A stretch of 64,000 bases of DNA, taken from Candidatus Woesearchaeota archaeon (GTDB taxonomy: Archaea; Nanobdellota; Nanobdellia; Woesearchaeales; ARS49). The stretch covers positions 8,040 to 72,039 of the forward strand of contig NYZT01000011.1 of the NCBI GenBank assembly GCA_002687275.1, given 5' to 3'. Positions 1 through 9,991 of this stretch are shown here, piece after piece (positions within the stretch are counted from its first letter, which is position 1; every line of letters starts with the position of its first letter). The position numbers and the translations under genes were made by a program. Below the pieces are notes generated by a model, which saw only the letters and a program-made list of their open reading frames with translations, made no database searches and was not told the origin of the DNA.

Positions 1-278
1 ATCTCGAGATCATCTAACGAGCCCTGCATCATCTGGAGAACATTGATGCGATTAGCGCGAGCGTGAAGCAAGGGGATGTGGGAATCAACAATGACGAACG
101 TTCTACGAAAGCCTGGTTGTATGAGCTGGGGAGCGACATGGCGCACGGTTCCTTCGCACATGAGCCGGACATGGTCGTCCATGCTCCATCGTTCGTCTTT
201 GGGCATGCCGTGTGCGTAGATGGACACCAAAGGACTGCGGTATGATAGCGCATGCATAGGGGTGGTAAGGTAGAAGAT

Positions 279-971
279 CTATTTAAATCTCTCCCAGAAT
301 TGTTTGTGGAAGTTGCGGAAGCTATTAGCAACGTCCTTGTCCCTGATTTCGATGGCTTGTAAGTTATCCTTCCAAAAGAACAGTATGGTCTTGTCCTCGT
401 AGACGTTGACCTCGACACAGGTTTCGAAGCGTTTTTTGAAGTGTTTGAGCTTCAGATAGTCCTTGCTTCCGGGCGTCTTTCCCCGCAGAGCGACCAGCTC
501 GAAGTGGGTCTTGTTTTTTGTGAACTGCTCAAATATGTGCTGGTACTCGTAGGGAAGATACTTTTTGATCTTTCCCTCTGCACCAAACCCTATGACCTTG
601 GTGCCAGAGGTGGCGATGTCGTCACACACGCTGCGTATTCCTTTTTTGCCCTTGAAAATTCTTATCTCTGTATCTTGTATCTTTTCTCTTTTTTCTGACG
701 CTCTCAGGTCGTCCTCTACCGACTTTTTTGCCTTGTCCATGCTGGCGAGTATGCTTTCTTTTGGCATGGCCTGCCACAGCACTCGTTCTGGTGTTTTTAT
801 CTGGGTGATGAGCCCTGCCTTTCGTAATCTTTCCAGGGCTTGGTAGGTGTAGCTTCGGTTGGTGCCTGCAAGTTTTGAGAGTTCTAGCACGGTTTGTTCT
901 CCGTGCTTGATCAGGCTAGAAAGCATCCGGCTCTCTCCCTCAGAAACACCCAATGGTTGGAAGGCCCACAT
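279..971 (-). CDS. TrmB-family transcriptional regulator (paralog 1 of 3 in window)
   Basis: N-terminal segment GVSEGESRMLSSLIKHGEQTVLELSKLAGTNRSYTYQALERL aligns with the TrmB-type HTH of the two other paralogs here (LTDGESKVYLALLELGASTTGPI...). C-terminal region is also paralogous (FWKDN/FWERFK vs FWKRS). Confidence 0.6.
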   Translation of the reverse strand: MWAFQPLGVSEGESRMLSSLIKHGEQTVLELSKLAGTNRSYTYQALERLRKAGLITQIKTPERVLWQAMPKESILASMDKAKKSVEDDLRASEKREKIQDTEIRIFKGKKGIRSVCDDIATSGTKVIGFGAEGKIKKYLPYEYQHIFEQFTKNKTHFELVALRGKTPGSKDYLKLKHFKKRFETCVEVNVYEDKTILFFWKDNLQAIEIRDKDVANSFRNFHKQFWERFK

Positions 972-1056
972 TTTTGGGGTGGTTCAACCGTGGCTTATAA
1001 ATGTTGTTTGCCACCACACAACTCGTTCTTATAGTCTGTGGGGTTTTGGCAAGAGG

Positions 1057-1542
1057 ATGCCACAAGTCATCATAGATTATGAAGAGACAAACTATGATGG
1101 TTTGGAGACTGGGCAACAAGAACTTCTGGATCAAGCTGAGGCCATGCTAGTTCGGGCGTACAAACCGTATTCTGGGTTTTTGGTGGCAACAACGGTAAGG
1201 ACGCCTTCTGGCGAGGTGTTCTCTGGCTGCAATATTGAGAACGCATCGTATGGGTTGACGGTTTGTGCAGAGCGAACCGCGATTTTCAAGGGTGTCTCAG
1301 AGGGATATAGACAGTTTTCCCAGGGAGCGGTTATTTGTAAGGGGGAGGATTTTGACACGCAAGAACCCACAGGATCTTGTGGTGCGTGCGCCCAGGTCAT
1401 GAGAGAGTTTTCTGATCCTGAGGACCCCATGCAGTTGATATTTTCCACCACAAAAAAGGACAAGATATGGCTGGTGAGCTGCACCGACCTTCTTCCGTTA
1501 GGCTTTGGCCCCCAAGACTTAGGGATAGATCCGACCCGATAG
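1057..1542 (+). CDS. cdd: cytidine deaminase
   Basis: Zinc-binding CAERTAI ... CGACAQVMREF motifs (C/H-A-E and PCGxC) typical of cytidine/deoxycytidylate deaminases. Start placed at the internal ATG at 1057 (MPQVI..) because the upstream part of the long ORF overlaps the divergent TrmB gene. Confidence 0.65.
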   Translation: MPQVIIDYEETNYDGLETGQQELLDQAEAMLVRAYKPYSGFLVATTVRTPSGEVFSGCNIENASYGLTVCAERTAIFKGVSEGYRQFSQGAVICKGEDFDTQEPTGSCGACAQVMREFSDPEDPMQLIFSTTKKDKIWLVSCTDLLPLGFGPQDLGIDPTR

Positions 1543-1572
1543 CTTTAAAAAGCCAAGTCTTGTTGTAGTCGT

Positions 1573-2079
1573 ATGGCCAAACTCAGAAAGTTCTCAGCCT
1601 ATCAAACGGTTGAGCGACCCTACACGAGGCATTCCAAGTACAAGACCAAGAACTTCGTACGTAGCAGGCCAAACAACAGAATCGTTCGCTTTGTGATGGG
1701 AGATAGAAAGAAGCAGTTCAAGCAAAAACTGCAGTTGATATGCGACCAGCGCATGCAGATGCGTGACAACGCCATCGAGGCAGCGAGACAAACCTGCAAC
1801 AGGCTGCTAGAGCTAGAATTGTTGCCTCCTAACTACCGATTCATGATCCATGTTTTCCCACACCACATTCTTCGAGAGAATCCATTATCTGCAGGAGCAG
1901 GCGCCGACCGAATGAGTACCGGAATGGCGCACAGCTTTGGTAAGAACATCGGTATTGCCGCCCAGGTAAAAAAGGGAAAGGTAATTCTCTCCGTCCAGTT
2001 CAGCGAAAAAGAAGACATAGTCAAAACAGCGTTGAAGCGCGCAGCCGCAAAGCTGCCATGCAAATGTCTGATACGCTAA
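1573..2079 (+). CDS. rpl10e: 50S ribosomal protein L10e (uL16)
   Basis: MAKLRKFSAYQTVERPYTRHSKYKTKNFVRSRPNNRIVRFVMGD is the characteristic archaeal/eukaryal L10e N-terminus; length about 168 aa. Confidence 0.85.
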   Translation: MAKLRKFSAYQTVERPYTRHSKYKTKNFVRSRPNNRIVRFVMGDRKKQFKQKLQLICDQRMQMRDNAIEAARQTCNRLLELELLPPNYRFMIHVFPHHILRENPLSAGAGADRMSTGMAHSFGKNIGIAAQVKKGKVILSVQFSEKEDIVKTALKRAAAKLPCKCLIR

Positions 2080-2402
2080 CGTACGAGGAATTCTTGAAGG
2101 TAGACATCCGTGTCGGTAAGATAGTCATGGCTGAGGAGTTTCCAGAAGCAAAAAAGCCAGCCTACAAGCTAAAGATAGATTTTGGAGATTTGGGCATCAA
2201 ACAAAGCAGCGCCCAGCTAACCAAAGATCACGCCCTAGAAGAATTGGAAGGCATGCATGTGCTGTGCGTGGTTAACTTTCCGCCCAAACAGATAGGCCCG
2301 TGGAAGAGCGAAGTGCTAACCTTGGGCGTGCCAGGCAAGAACGGTTCTTGGACGCTGGTCGGACCAACAAAAGACGTCGAGATCGGCGGCAGGCTAGCGT
2401 AA
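2058..2402 (+). CDS. tRNA-binding (EMAP/Myf, CsaA-like) domain protein
   Basis: EEFLKVDIRVGKIV...KLKIDFGDLG...QIGPWKSEVLTLG matches the OB-fold tRNA-binding domain found in CsaA/MetRS C-termini. Overlaps the L10e 3' end by 22 nt. Confidence 0.6.
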   Translation: MQMSDTLTYEEFLKVDIRVGKIVMAEEFPEAKKPAYKLKIDFGDLGIKQSSAQLTKDHALEELEGMHVLCVVNFPPKQIGPWKSEVLTLGVPGKNGSWTLVGPTKDVEIGGRLA

Positions 2403-2432
2403 GGTTAAAAGCGCACCACTTCTTGTAGCGTA

Positions 2433-3059
2433 ATGCTTTATCACAGACCGATAGTAGAGGCTGCAGGCAGGAGTTTTGCTTGGTGGCTCACACACTTTGT
2501 CTACAAGATTAACGCCTCCTATTCTGACCGCATGGTGGATGTTTTCGAGCAGGGCTGTTTCGTGCTTGCAAACCACCAGAAATGGGTCGACCTCGTCTTT
2601 GAGGGCCAGGCAATATACGACGCTTTTGACTGCCATCCTTTGTACATCATGCGAGACACCCTGCCCTTCCAAGACTTGTTTGCGGCAGCAGGAGGCGTGC
2701 CCATGACACGCCAGCGAGATCTTCCTGAGCGACTGGCTAATGATAAGCCTGTCCACCGACCAAGAGATGTTTTTCCTTATCTTGTGGAGCACGTGAAAGA
2801 TAGGGGGGTCGTGGTCATCCATCCGGAGGGCACGAGACATCCAGAGCAAGGCGTAGATACCGAGAAGTGCATGATGGCTCTGACGCACTACTCACGCAAG
2901 GCGTCCATCCGTCCTTGGTATGTACCTCTCAACATCACGTATGACCGCGGGATTCTTGGCAGCAGAGTCAAGCTAGACTTTGGCACTCCCCTAAAGACAG
3001 AGCAAGTGGATACTTTACTAAAACACATGCAAGACCAGATTCCTCTACTTCATACCTGA
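2433..3059 (+). CDS. PlsC-like (lysophospholipid) acyltransferase
   Basis: Acyltransferase motif I NHQKWVD (NHxxxxD) and motif III HPEGTRH are present at the expected spacing. Confidence 0.5.
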   Translation: MLYHRPIVEAAGRSFAWWLTHFVYKINASYSDRMVDVFEQGCFVLANHQKWVDLVFEGQAIYDAFDCHPLYIMRDTLPFQDLFAAAGGVPMTRQRDLPERLANDKPVHRPRDVFPYLVEHVKDRGVVVIHPEGTRHPEQGVDTEKCMMALTHYSRKASIRPWYVPLNITYDRGILGSRVKLDFGTPLKTEQVDTLLKHMQDQIPLLHT

Positions 3060-3940
3060 GTGATGACTTCTACCTGGTCATCGATAAGAATGGTGTGTTC
3101 TGCTTGGGCAACAACGCCCTTTGCTCGCTCTATCAGTGGTGGGTAGCCATGGATGGCTCCTGCCTGCCGTAGCTCTCGCAATCCTAGTTTTGTCTTTCCC
3201 TCGCCAAACTTTTCCATCAGCCATCTTGTCGTGAAAGGAAGGGTGGTGTACTCTTTTTGGATGTGCTGGAGTATCTGTCTTGCGAACACGCTGCGGATGG
3301 GCTTTGGTGCTACCAAAGAAAAAATGTTAGCCTCTTGCTCGCTCTCTGTCACCAATCCGGCTCCGGTGGTGGAGAATGGTTCGATGGCAAACACGCCCTT
3401 ACCCAGCTTGACATCTTCGCCAGTGTCATGGTTTGGTATGGTTGGTGGTACGTGGATTAGGTTTTCACCAAGCCCGTGGCCCGAAAGGTTTCGGATGGGT
3501 TGGAATTTGTACCCGTTGATGGCGGTTTCTATCGTTCTTCCAATCTCTGCAAGCGTGACATCTTCCCCTTTTTCTTTTACTAGCGCGATTGCCTTGTCTC
3601 TTGCCTCCTCGGCTGCTTTGACAAGCTCTGCATGGTTGCCACTCAGATCTATGGTGACTGCGTTATCCCCAATCATGCCGTTTACCGCAACACCCAGGTC
3701 TAGCTTTACTAGTTGATCTTGGAAGGTTGCCTCATCGTTAAGATCTGGGCAGGAGTGCGCTGCGACATGGTTCAGGCTTATCTGGGCAGGAAACGCTGGC
3801 TTTCCCCCTAGAGCATGAATCTTGGCTTCTATCTTGTCGCAAACCTCGACAATCTTTACCCCGCTTTTTATCAGGCCCTTGCCAAACTCTCTTGCCTCGG
3901 CAGCGATCTTCCCTGCCTTGCGCAGGCTTTCCACGTCCAT
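3050..3940 (-). CDS. map: methionine aminopeptidase, type 2 (archaeal)
   Basis: Pita-bread fold with metal-ligand regions (AVTIDLSGNHAEL, GHGLGENLIHVPPTIPN, VFAIEPF, HTILIDDQ). Start moved to internal ATG (MDVESLRKAGKIAAEA) to match typical length of about 295 aa. Confidence 0.8.
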   Translation of the reverse strand: MDVESLRKAGKIAAEAREFGKGLIKSGVKIVEVCDKIEAKIHALGGKPAFPAQISLNHVAAHSCPDLNDEATFQDQLVKLDLGVAVNGMIGDNAVTIDLSGNHAELVKAAEEARDKAIALVKEKGEDVTLAEIGRTIETAINGYKFQPIRNLSGHGLGENLIHVPPTIPNHDTGEDVKLGKGVFAIEPFSTTGAGLVTESEQEANIFSLVAPKPIRSVFARQILQHIQKEYTTLPFTTRWLMEKFGEGKTKLGLRELRQAGAIHGYPPLIERAKGVVAQAEHTILIDDQVEVITQV

Positions 3941-4359
3941 ACGTGCGCGAACTAGAACGGGTATATAAAGCTGCACTCGGAAATGCTTATAAATGGTCTG
4001 TGCCTAGATGATCTCATGGATATCGACAGCCTGCCAGACATCGACGCAAGAGCATACTTTGCGCTACCGCCTTCTTTGCAGGAATCAAGGGGCATGATAC
4101 CGATGAAGCTAGAGGGTCGCGTGCTCCACATTGCGGTGATGGAGGAGTGGTGGAGCAGCAGGACTGACGCCGAAGAGCACGTCAGAAAGTGCGGGTTTAC
4201 CCGTCGTGCCGAGTATCACCGGCTGGAAACGGTAGACTTTCTCAAGCTCCAACACCGGTGGCAGCAGCTCGAGTTAAGGGAACCTGCCGCCCCATCGTAC
4301 GAGGATAGCCAACCCAATAGAGGGGAGGAGCCTCGAGGGTCAGGAGATTCCGGACTCTT

Positions 4360-5304
4360 ATGACCGTCAAACAAGCGGCCACCACCTCTCCAGACCACGG
4401 CTGCGCTCCAGAAGAACGGCACATATCAGATCTTCTACAAACAGGCATGCTTGTGATTAACAAGCCAAAAGGGCCCACTTCCCACATGGTGGCAGAGTAC
4501 GTAAAAAAAATTCTGAAAGTAAAAAAGGCAGGCCATGGAGGAACCCTAGACCCGGGTGTCACGGGCGTGCTTCCTGTCGCGCTAGCAAAATCAACCAGGG
4601 TAAGCCAGGCGTTGTTGCTGGCAGGAAAAGAATACGTTTGCCTAATGCGCCTGCACAAGGACGTGCCAGAAAAGAAGATAGCCTCCAGACTAAAACAATA
4701 CCAAGGAGAGATCACCCAGCTACCACCCGTAAGAAGCGCGGTAAAAAGAGAGAAAAGAAAGCGAACAGTATATAGTATAGAGTTGTTAGACGTCAAAGAT
4801 CGAAACGTGCTCTTCAAGATGCGCTGCCAGGCAGGCACGTATGTAAGAAAATTCGTCCACGACTATGGTCTACCCTTGGGAGGGGCGCACATGGCACAGC
4901 TTATCAGAACCAAGGCAGGCCCGTACACAGACAAGGAAATGCACACCTTGCAAGAGTTAGAAGATGCGTACCAGTTCTACCAAGAGGGCGATGAGGCCAT
5001 GCTACGAGAGATACTCCTCCCCCTAGAGACAGCGATAAGCCACCTGCCAAAGATGTGGCTATTAGACAGCACCATCGACAGCATAGCCCACGGAGCAAAA
5101 CTACACCTACCCGGCATTGCAAAATATGACGATCATATAATAGAGGATGACATGGTTGCCCTGTTATCCCTGAAAGGAGAGTTAGTCGCCCTAGCAAAAG
5201 CCGCCACAGACAGCAAGGGCATGGCAAAAGCCAAAGGGCTAGCCGCCTCCCCACACACCGTGTTTATCCAACCCGGAGTTTATCCTAGAGAGCAACGTTT
5301 ATAA
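4360..5304 (+). CDS. cbf5: tRNA pseudouridine synthase Cbf5 (TruB family with PUA domain)
   Basis: VINKPKGPTSHMVAEYVKKIL...KAGHGGTLDPGVTGVLPVAL is the TruB/Cbf5 catalytic core with catalytic Asp. A C-terminal PUA-like region follows (LLDSTIDSIAHGAKLHLPGI). Confidence 0.85.
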   Translation: MTVKQAATTSPDHGCAPEERHISDLLQTGMLVINKPKGPTSHMVAEYVKKILKVKKAGHGGTLDPGVTGVLPVALAKSTRVSQALLLAGKEYVCLMRLHKDVPEKKIASRLKQYQGEITQLPPVRSAVKREKRKRTVYSIELLDVKDRNVLFKMRCQAGTYVRKFVHDYGLPLGGAHMAQLIRTKAGPYTDKEMHTLQELEDAYQFYQEGDEAMLREILLPLETAISHLPKMWLLDSTIDSIAHGAKLHLPGIAKYDDHIIEDDMVALLSLKGELVALAKAATDSKGMAKAKGLAASPHTVFIQPGVYPREQRL

Positions 5305-5326
5305 GCCTGAATACTAAAACAGGGGC

Positions 5327-7108
5327 ATGGATTTTGCCTTTCCTGCAGGACTGTGGGCTCTGTTAGCCTTAGTCCCTTTCATCCTGCTCTACCTCATCCG
5401 GCCCAGGCCCAAACAGATGGGCATTCCTAGCCTGATGTTCTTCATGAAGCACGAAGGAGCGAACAAGGTCACCAGTCTGTTCAGAACGTTCCTGAAGGAT
5501 TGGTTGTTTTTAATGCAACTACTCTTGTTGTTATTACTCGCGTTCTCAGCAGCACGACCCTTCACTGAGTACAGCCAGGACGTCACCGCAGAGAACATCG
5601 TTTTTGTCATCGATGCTAGCGCGAGCATGCACACCAAGGAAGGGCCAACCACTCGCTTCCACCTGGCCAAAGAAAAAGCAAAAGGTCTTGTGGGTGCGCG
5701 AAACACGGTAATCCTAGCCAAAGAGGTACCCCTCATAGGCATCAAGAACGAGAACAGCATAACCACACAAGAATACATACAAAGTCTCGCTCCCACAGAG
5801 ACCCCGACAAGATTGGGAGATTCCATCTTGCTCGCAGGCGAGACACTAAGCAAAGGGCGAGTCATAGTCATATCCGACTTTGTCAACACTGGAGGCCAGG
5901 ATCCGGTCACCGCAAGAAGCGTGGTCGAGGCCAAAGGAATAGCCGTAGACTTCATCAACGTGGCAGGTCTGGACAAGAGCAACATGGGCATCGTTGACCT
6001 CACGTTCGGAGAATCCATAACCGCAATAATCGCTAACACGGGAAGCAAAAAACAAACACGGACGCTCAGCGCAGGCGCGACGAGAAAAGAAATCACGCTA
6101 GAACCAGGCGAGAGCGACGTCTTTAGCTTCGAAGAACCACAGGGCGTGCTAAAACTAGCATTAGAAGGGGAGGATGACTTCAAAGTGGACGACATAGCCT
6201 ACGTGGCGGGCTCAGCAACGAGCAACGTCAGCGTGCTGCTCGTCACGAACAACCAAAGCGTGTTCCTAACCGCCGCCCTGAAAGCCACAGGACTTGTCAC
6301 GCTCGAGGTTGCCGAGCCACCTATCGTGCCCAAAGAAAGGTACGACATCTTCATCCTACATAACGTGGACAAGGACGAAGTGCTGCCTGGCACGCTAGAA
6401 GCCATAGCTGCCCATGTCAAGGAAGGCAGCGTTCTCATAGCCCATGCACAGAAAGACTCAAACCTCTTTGACTACAAAGGGCTAAACCCTGTAACCATCG
6501 ATGGCTTCAAAGACAAGGCAAAAGTGGTGGTGCAGCAGGTAACCGCCTTCACCAAAGACATAGACTTCAGCGTCATCGAAAGCGTGCCCAACGCACAGAC
6601 AGAAGGAGACGTGTACGCTTCGGCAGCAGGCACACCCGTGCTCGTCTCAAAACCACTCGGAGCAGGAACGACGTTCTACTTTGGCTTTATAGAAGAAGCA
6701 TCCAACTTCAAGTTCACACCTGACTACCCCATATTTTGGAACAGTCTGGTAAGCTTCCTGTCTGGCCACCAAGAGGCAAAACGCCTTAACTACAAGACCG
6801 GACAGCAATTGTTTGTAGGACAACGAACCCTCATAAAAACACCTGCCGGACCTGTGGAGGCAGCCAGCCTGCCCCTAGAACGTATAGGCACGTATGCCAT
6901 GACCGGGCGAAGCTATGGTGTGAGCTTGCTGAACGAAATAGAAAGCACGGTAAACGCAGGAGCAAGCGTGGGACAGAAAAGCACAGACTACCAACTCCAC
7001 ACAGTTGAAGAGACCAAAAAGTACGATCTCGACCTAGCATTGTTGAGCCTCGCCCTCGTGTTTGTCCTACTAGAGGTTGTTTTCATCAAGATGAGGGGTG
7101 ACCTATGA
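5327..7108 (+). CDS. BatA-like membrane-anchored von Willebrand factor A domain protein
   Basis: N-terminal 2-TM aerotolerance-regulator-like segment (LLALVPFILLYLIRPRP), then a vWA domain with the MIDAS start (VFVIDASASM). A C-terminal TM follows. Confidence 0.6.
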   Translation: MDFAFPAGLWALLALVPFILLYLIRPRPKQMGIPSLMFFMKHEGANKVTSLFRTFLKDWLFLMQLLLLLLLAFSAARPFTEYSQDVTAENIVFVIDASASMHTKEGPTTRFHLAKEKAKGLVGARNTVILAKEVPLIGIKNENSITTQEYIQSLAPTETPTRLGDSILLAGETLSKGRVIVISDFVNTGGQDPVTARSVVEAKGIAVDFINVAGLDKSNMGIVDLTFGESITAIIANTGSKKQTRTLSAGATRKEITLEPGESDVFSFEEPQGVLKLALEGEDDFKVDDIAYVAGSATSNVSVLLVTNNQSVFLTAALKATGLVTLEVAEPPIVPKERYDIFILHNVDKDEVLPGTLEAIAAHVKEGSVLIAHAQKDSNLFDYKGLNPVTIDGFKDKAKVVVQQVTAFTKDIDFSVIESVPNAQTEGDVYASAAGTPVLVSKPLGAGTTFYFGFIEEASNFKFTPDYPIFWNSLVSFLSGHQEAKRLNYKTGQQLFVGQRTLIKTPAGPVEAASLPLERIGTYAMTGRSYGVSLLNEIESTVNAGASVGQKSTDYQLHTVEETKKYDLDLALLSLALVFVLLEVVFIKMRGDL

Positions 7109-9444
7109 ATCTCGAACAACCCACGCTACTGCTGACAATCATCCCCTTACTCGTGGTGTTCTTCTTCTTGTTACGAAAACAGTTCGTCCAGGTGACCGAA
7201 GATGACGACACGAGCAAGCGAAAAAAGAAAGTACGCTGGATCATGCTCTTCACCAGAACGCTAATAGCTCTGGCACTGCTCACCGCCATCGCCAGCCCCT
7301 TTACAACCATAGAAAAAACAATCCAAGGAGATCCCGTCGTAAAAATACTCATCGACAACAGCTCTAGCATGGGCGCCATGGAAGCCTTTGACCTGGGCTT
7401 TGTTGAAAAAATGAAAACCAAGGTCGAGGTAGAGGTACACTCTGTCGCAAGCCCAGAGGTCTCAGACATTGGAGATGCGGTGCTAGCCAATCTGGGTCCA
7501 TTTGAGAGCATACTCCTCGTGAGCGATGGCAACGTCAACCAGGGGGCAGATCTCGGTGACGTCGCACTTTTTGCCCAGCAAATAAACTCCACCGTCCACG
7601 CGGTCAAGCTCAACACGCTAGTGGAGGACGTGGCGGTTTCTATAGACGGTCCAGACAAGACAAGCGCAGACGTGGACACTGAGTTCAGAGTCCACACCAC
7701 AGGTCCAGCACTAACCAAGGTAACCGTTGACGGCAGTGTTGTGTTCGAAGGCCAGCTTGACGGAAGCAAAGCCATAACTCGCCAGTTCAAAGAAGGCTAT
7801 CACAGAGTTGTGGCTAGCATACAAAAAAACGACCACTACCTAGACAACAACGTCTTCTACAAAACCATCAAGGCCGTGACCCCGCCAAAGATACTGTTCG
7901 TGACAGAAAAAGGGGAAAGCAGCATGCTCACGCTCCTGCGTCAGGCATACGAGGTAGAGGTCAACAGCCTGGTGCCCTTTGACCTCGACCCCTACTACGC
8001 CGTCATACTCAACGACGTCCCTGCAGGAAGCACAGACAAGTACGTTCCAACACTCACGGACTACCTCACCGAAGGCAATGGCGTCGTGGTGGTGGGTGGC
8101 AAAAAAAGCTATGACAACGGCGGCTACCGAAACAGTCTATTCGAAAAACTCCTCCCCGTCCACATCGGCAGCCCAAAGCGCAAAGAAGGCGATAACAACA
8201 TTGTTTTGCTCATCGACATATCTGGCAGCACAGGGTCGGGCTTTGGCGGCAACAAAGCCGTAGACGTAGAAAAGGCCCTGGCCATCAACGTCATCGAAAA
8301 CGAGGTCAGCTCTGACACCAAAGTAGGAGTTGTGGCCTTCAACACCCAAGCCTTCACCATATCCGACATCGACTACCTAGGCAACAGACAGGCCACGCTG
8401 GAGGACCGCATAGCAAGACTGAAGGATGGTGGGGGCACGCTCATCGGCGTGGGCATGATCAAGAGCCTCCAAATGCTCGAAACCGTCCAGGGCAGCAAAA
8501 ACATCATACTCATCAGTGATGGAAGAACCCAAGGAGAAAACGTCGCTCTAGAAAGCATCAAGCTCGCCGCGAACAGCGGCGTACGCGTCTACACGGTTGG
8601 AGTTGGAGGAATGACGCGAGAACACGTCATGGTGCAATACGCAGACATGACTGGAGGAATCTACTTCAGAGCAGATGACAGCAACCGACTAAAACTACTC
8701 TTTGGCAAGGCAGAGCCAGACTCTAGCAGCCAAAAACAAGTCATCGTGCTAAACCAAGACCACGACCTCACCCGAGGCATGGATAATCTTACCGCGAAAA
8801 TCACCGGCTACAACCAGATCGCACCAAAAACAACAGGACAACTACTCATCAGCACCAGTGATGGATTACCCGTGCTTGTTGTTGGCAGGGTGGGCCTGGG
8901 CAGGGTGGCAGCTGTGGGCACGGATGACGGCAGCGCGTGGGGTGGTGAGTTACTAGGAACGGCAAACAACATCTTCCACACCCGCACCATCGACTGGGCC
9001 ATTGGCGAGCCAGACAGGAAAGACAAGGAACTCGTCATGATCGCAGACACCCGAGTCAGGAGCAGCACGCCCATAATCGTAAGAAGCAGCAAACAACCAA
9101 AAATGGACGGCAAAAGCTTCGTACGCGCAGACAGAAACACGTACACCAGCACGATAACCCCAGATAAGATAGGTTTCCAAGAGATTCTGGGTGCGACGTT
9201 TGCCGTCAACTACCCCTCAGAGTACGACAGGATAGGCCAAGGAGAGGCGCTGGCCTTCATCACCAAGAGCACGGATGGACAAGTATTCGCCCAAGACGAC
9301 GTTGAGGGCATAGTAGAGGCTGCAAAAGCACGCGCAAAACGCACGCTAGCCACAAGAGACTACGTTCGATGGCCCTTCATCTTAGCAGCCATAATAGTGT
9401 TCTTGCTAGAAATCTTTATAAGGCGCTACTTGCGTGTAGAGTAA
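7105..9444 (+). CDS. BatA-like membrane protein with two vWA domains
   Basis: N-terminal TM (LLLTIIPLLVVFFFLLRKQ) and two MIDAS-like starts (ILIDNSSSMG and VLLIDISGSTG). A C-terminal TM follows. ATGA start/stop overlap with the preceding vWA gene. Confidence 0.6.
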   Translation: MNLEQPTLLLTIIPLLVVFFFLLRKQFVQVTEDDDTSKRKKKVRWIMLFTRTLIALALLTAIASPFTTIEKTIQGDPVVKILIDNSSSMGAMEAFDLGFVEKMKTKVEVEVHSVASPEVSDIGDAVLANLGPFESILLVSDGNVNQGADLGDVALFAQQINSTVHAVKLNTLVEDVAVSIDGPDKTSADVDTEFRVHTTGPALTKVTVDGSVVFEGQLDGSKAITRQFKEGYHRVVASIQKNDHYLDNNVFYKTIKAVTPPKILFVTEKGESSMLTLLRQAYEVEVNSLVPFDLDPYYAVILNDVPAGSTDKYVPTLTDYLTEGNGVVVVGGKKSYDNGGYRNSLFEKLLPVHIGSPKRKEGDNNIVLLIDISGSTGSGFGGNKAVDVEKALAINVIENEVSSDTKVGVVAFNTQAFTISDIDYLGNRQATLEDRIARLKDGGGTLIGVGMIKSLQMLETVQGSKNIILISDGRTQGENVALESIKLAANSGVRVYTVGVGGMTREHVMVQYADMTGGIYFRADDSNRLKLLFGKAEPDSSSQKQVIVLNQDHDLTRGMDNLTAKITGYNQIAPKTTGQLLISTSDGLPVLVVGRVGLGRVAAVGTDDGSAWGGELLGTANNIFHTRTIDWAIGEPDRKDKELVMIADTRVRSSTPIIVRSSKQPKMDGKSFVRADRNTYTSTITPDKIGFQEILGATFAVNYPSEYDRIGQGEALAFITKSTDGQVFAQDDVEGIVEAAKARAKRTLATRDYVRWPFILAAIIVFLLEIFIRRYLRVE

Positions 9445-9445
9445 C

Positions 9446-9991
9446 ATGGCCTTTGTGGACAAAAACGCCAACCTGTTACTGTTATTCCTCATAGTGATTA
9501 GTGCGACAGGCCTGGTGGCAGCCACCGTCTACTTCCAGAAGAATTTTGAGACCATCAACGAAGACTACGATAGCAAGGTAGCCCAGCTCAACAAGGTGAG
9601 CGATGAGCTCGAAAACCAGCGATCCGCTCTAGAGGCCATACGCTCAGAGCTGCTATTGAAAGAAAACCGTGAGGAAGAATTCGTAGAAAAGTTCACCGGC
9701 ATCAAAGAAGAAAAGAAAGGGCTAGAAGAGGAGCGGACCAATCTCCAAACCCAGAACGAAATACTCGAGAGCGCCAAGATAAGTGCGGTGGCAGCACAGC
9801 AAAAAGCCGAATCCGACCTTGGCGACGCCCTGGTCGCGCTGAACCGTGCAGACCAAGAGGCCGAATTCCAAAGAAGCGAGGCAGAAAAGTGGCGCAAAGA
9901 GACAGATAGAAGGCAAAACAGCCTCAACACGTTCGCCTCAAGGCTAAGCAGTTGTAAGAACACTTGCGGCAGCGGCTGTGACGGTATCTAG
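9446..9991 (+). CDS. coiled-coil protein with N-terminal TM helix and C-terminal Cys cluster
   Basis: N-terminal hydrophobic helix, long heptad-like region (ELENQRSALEAIRSELLLKENREEEF...) and a C-terminal CKNTCGSGCDG. Immediately follows the vWA pair with a 1-nt gap. Confidence 0.4.
   Translation: MAFVDKNANLLLLFLIVISATGLVAATVYFQKNFETINEDYDSKVAQLNKVSDELENQRSALEAIRSELLLKENREEEFVEKFTGIKEEKKGLEEERTNLQTQNEILESAKISAVAAQQKAESDLGDALVALNRADQEAEFQRSEAEKWRKETDRRQNSLNTFASRLSSCKNTCGSGCDGI

Noticed and set aside
3983-4363. 126-aa ORF between map and cbf5
   Set aside because: It occupies the divergent promoter region between two well-defined genes and has no motif. It is possibly a real small protein, but I could not support it. 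The cbf5 N-terminus already aligns from 4360.
5389-7790. Long antisense ORFs inside the vWA genes (5389-6195, 7086-7790)
   Set aside because: They lie entirely within, and antisense to, well-supported vWA coding regions. Their Ser/Thr/Ala-rich composition is typical of shadow ORFs.
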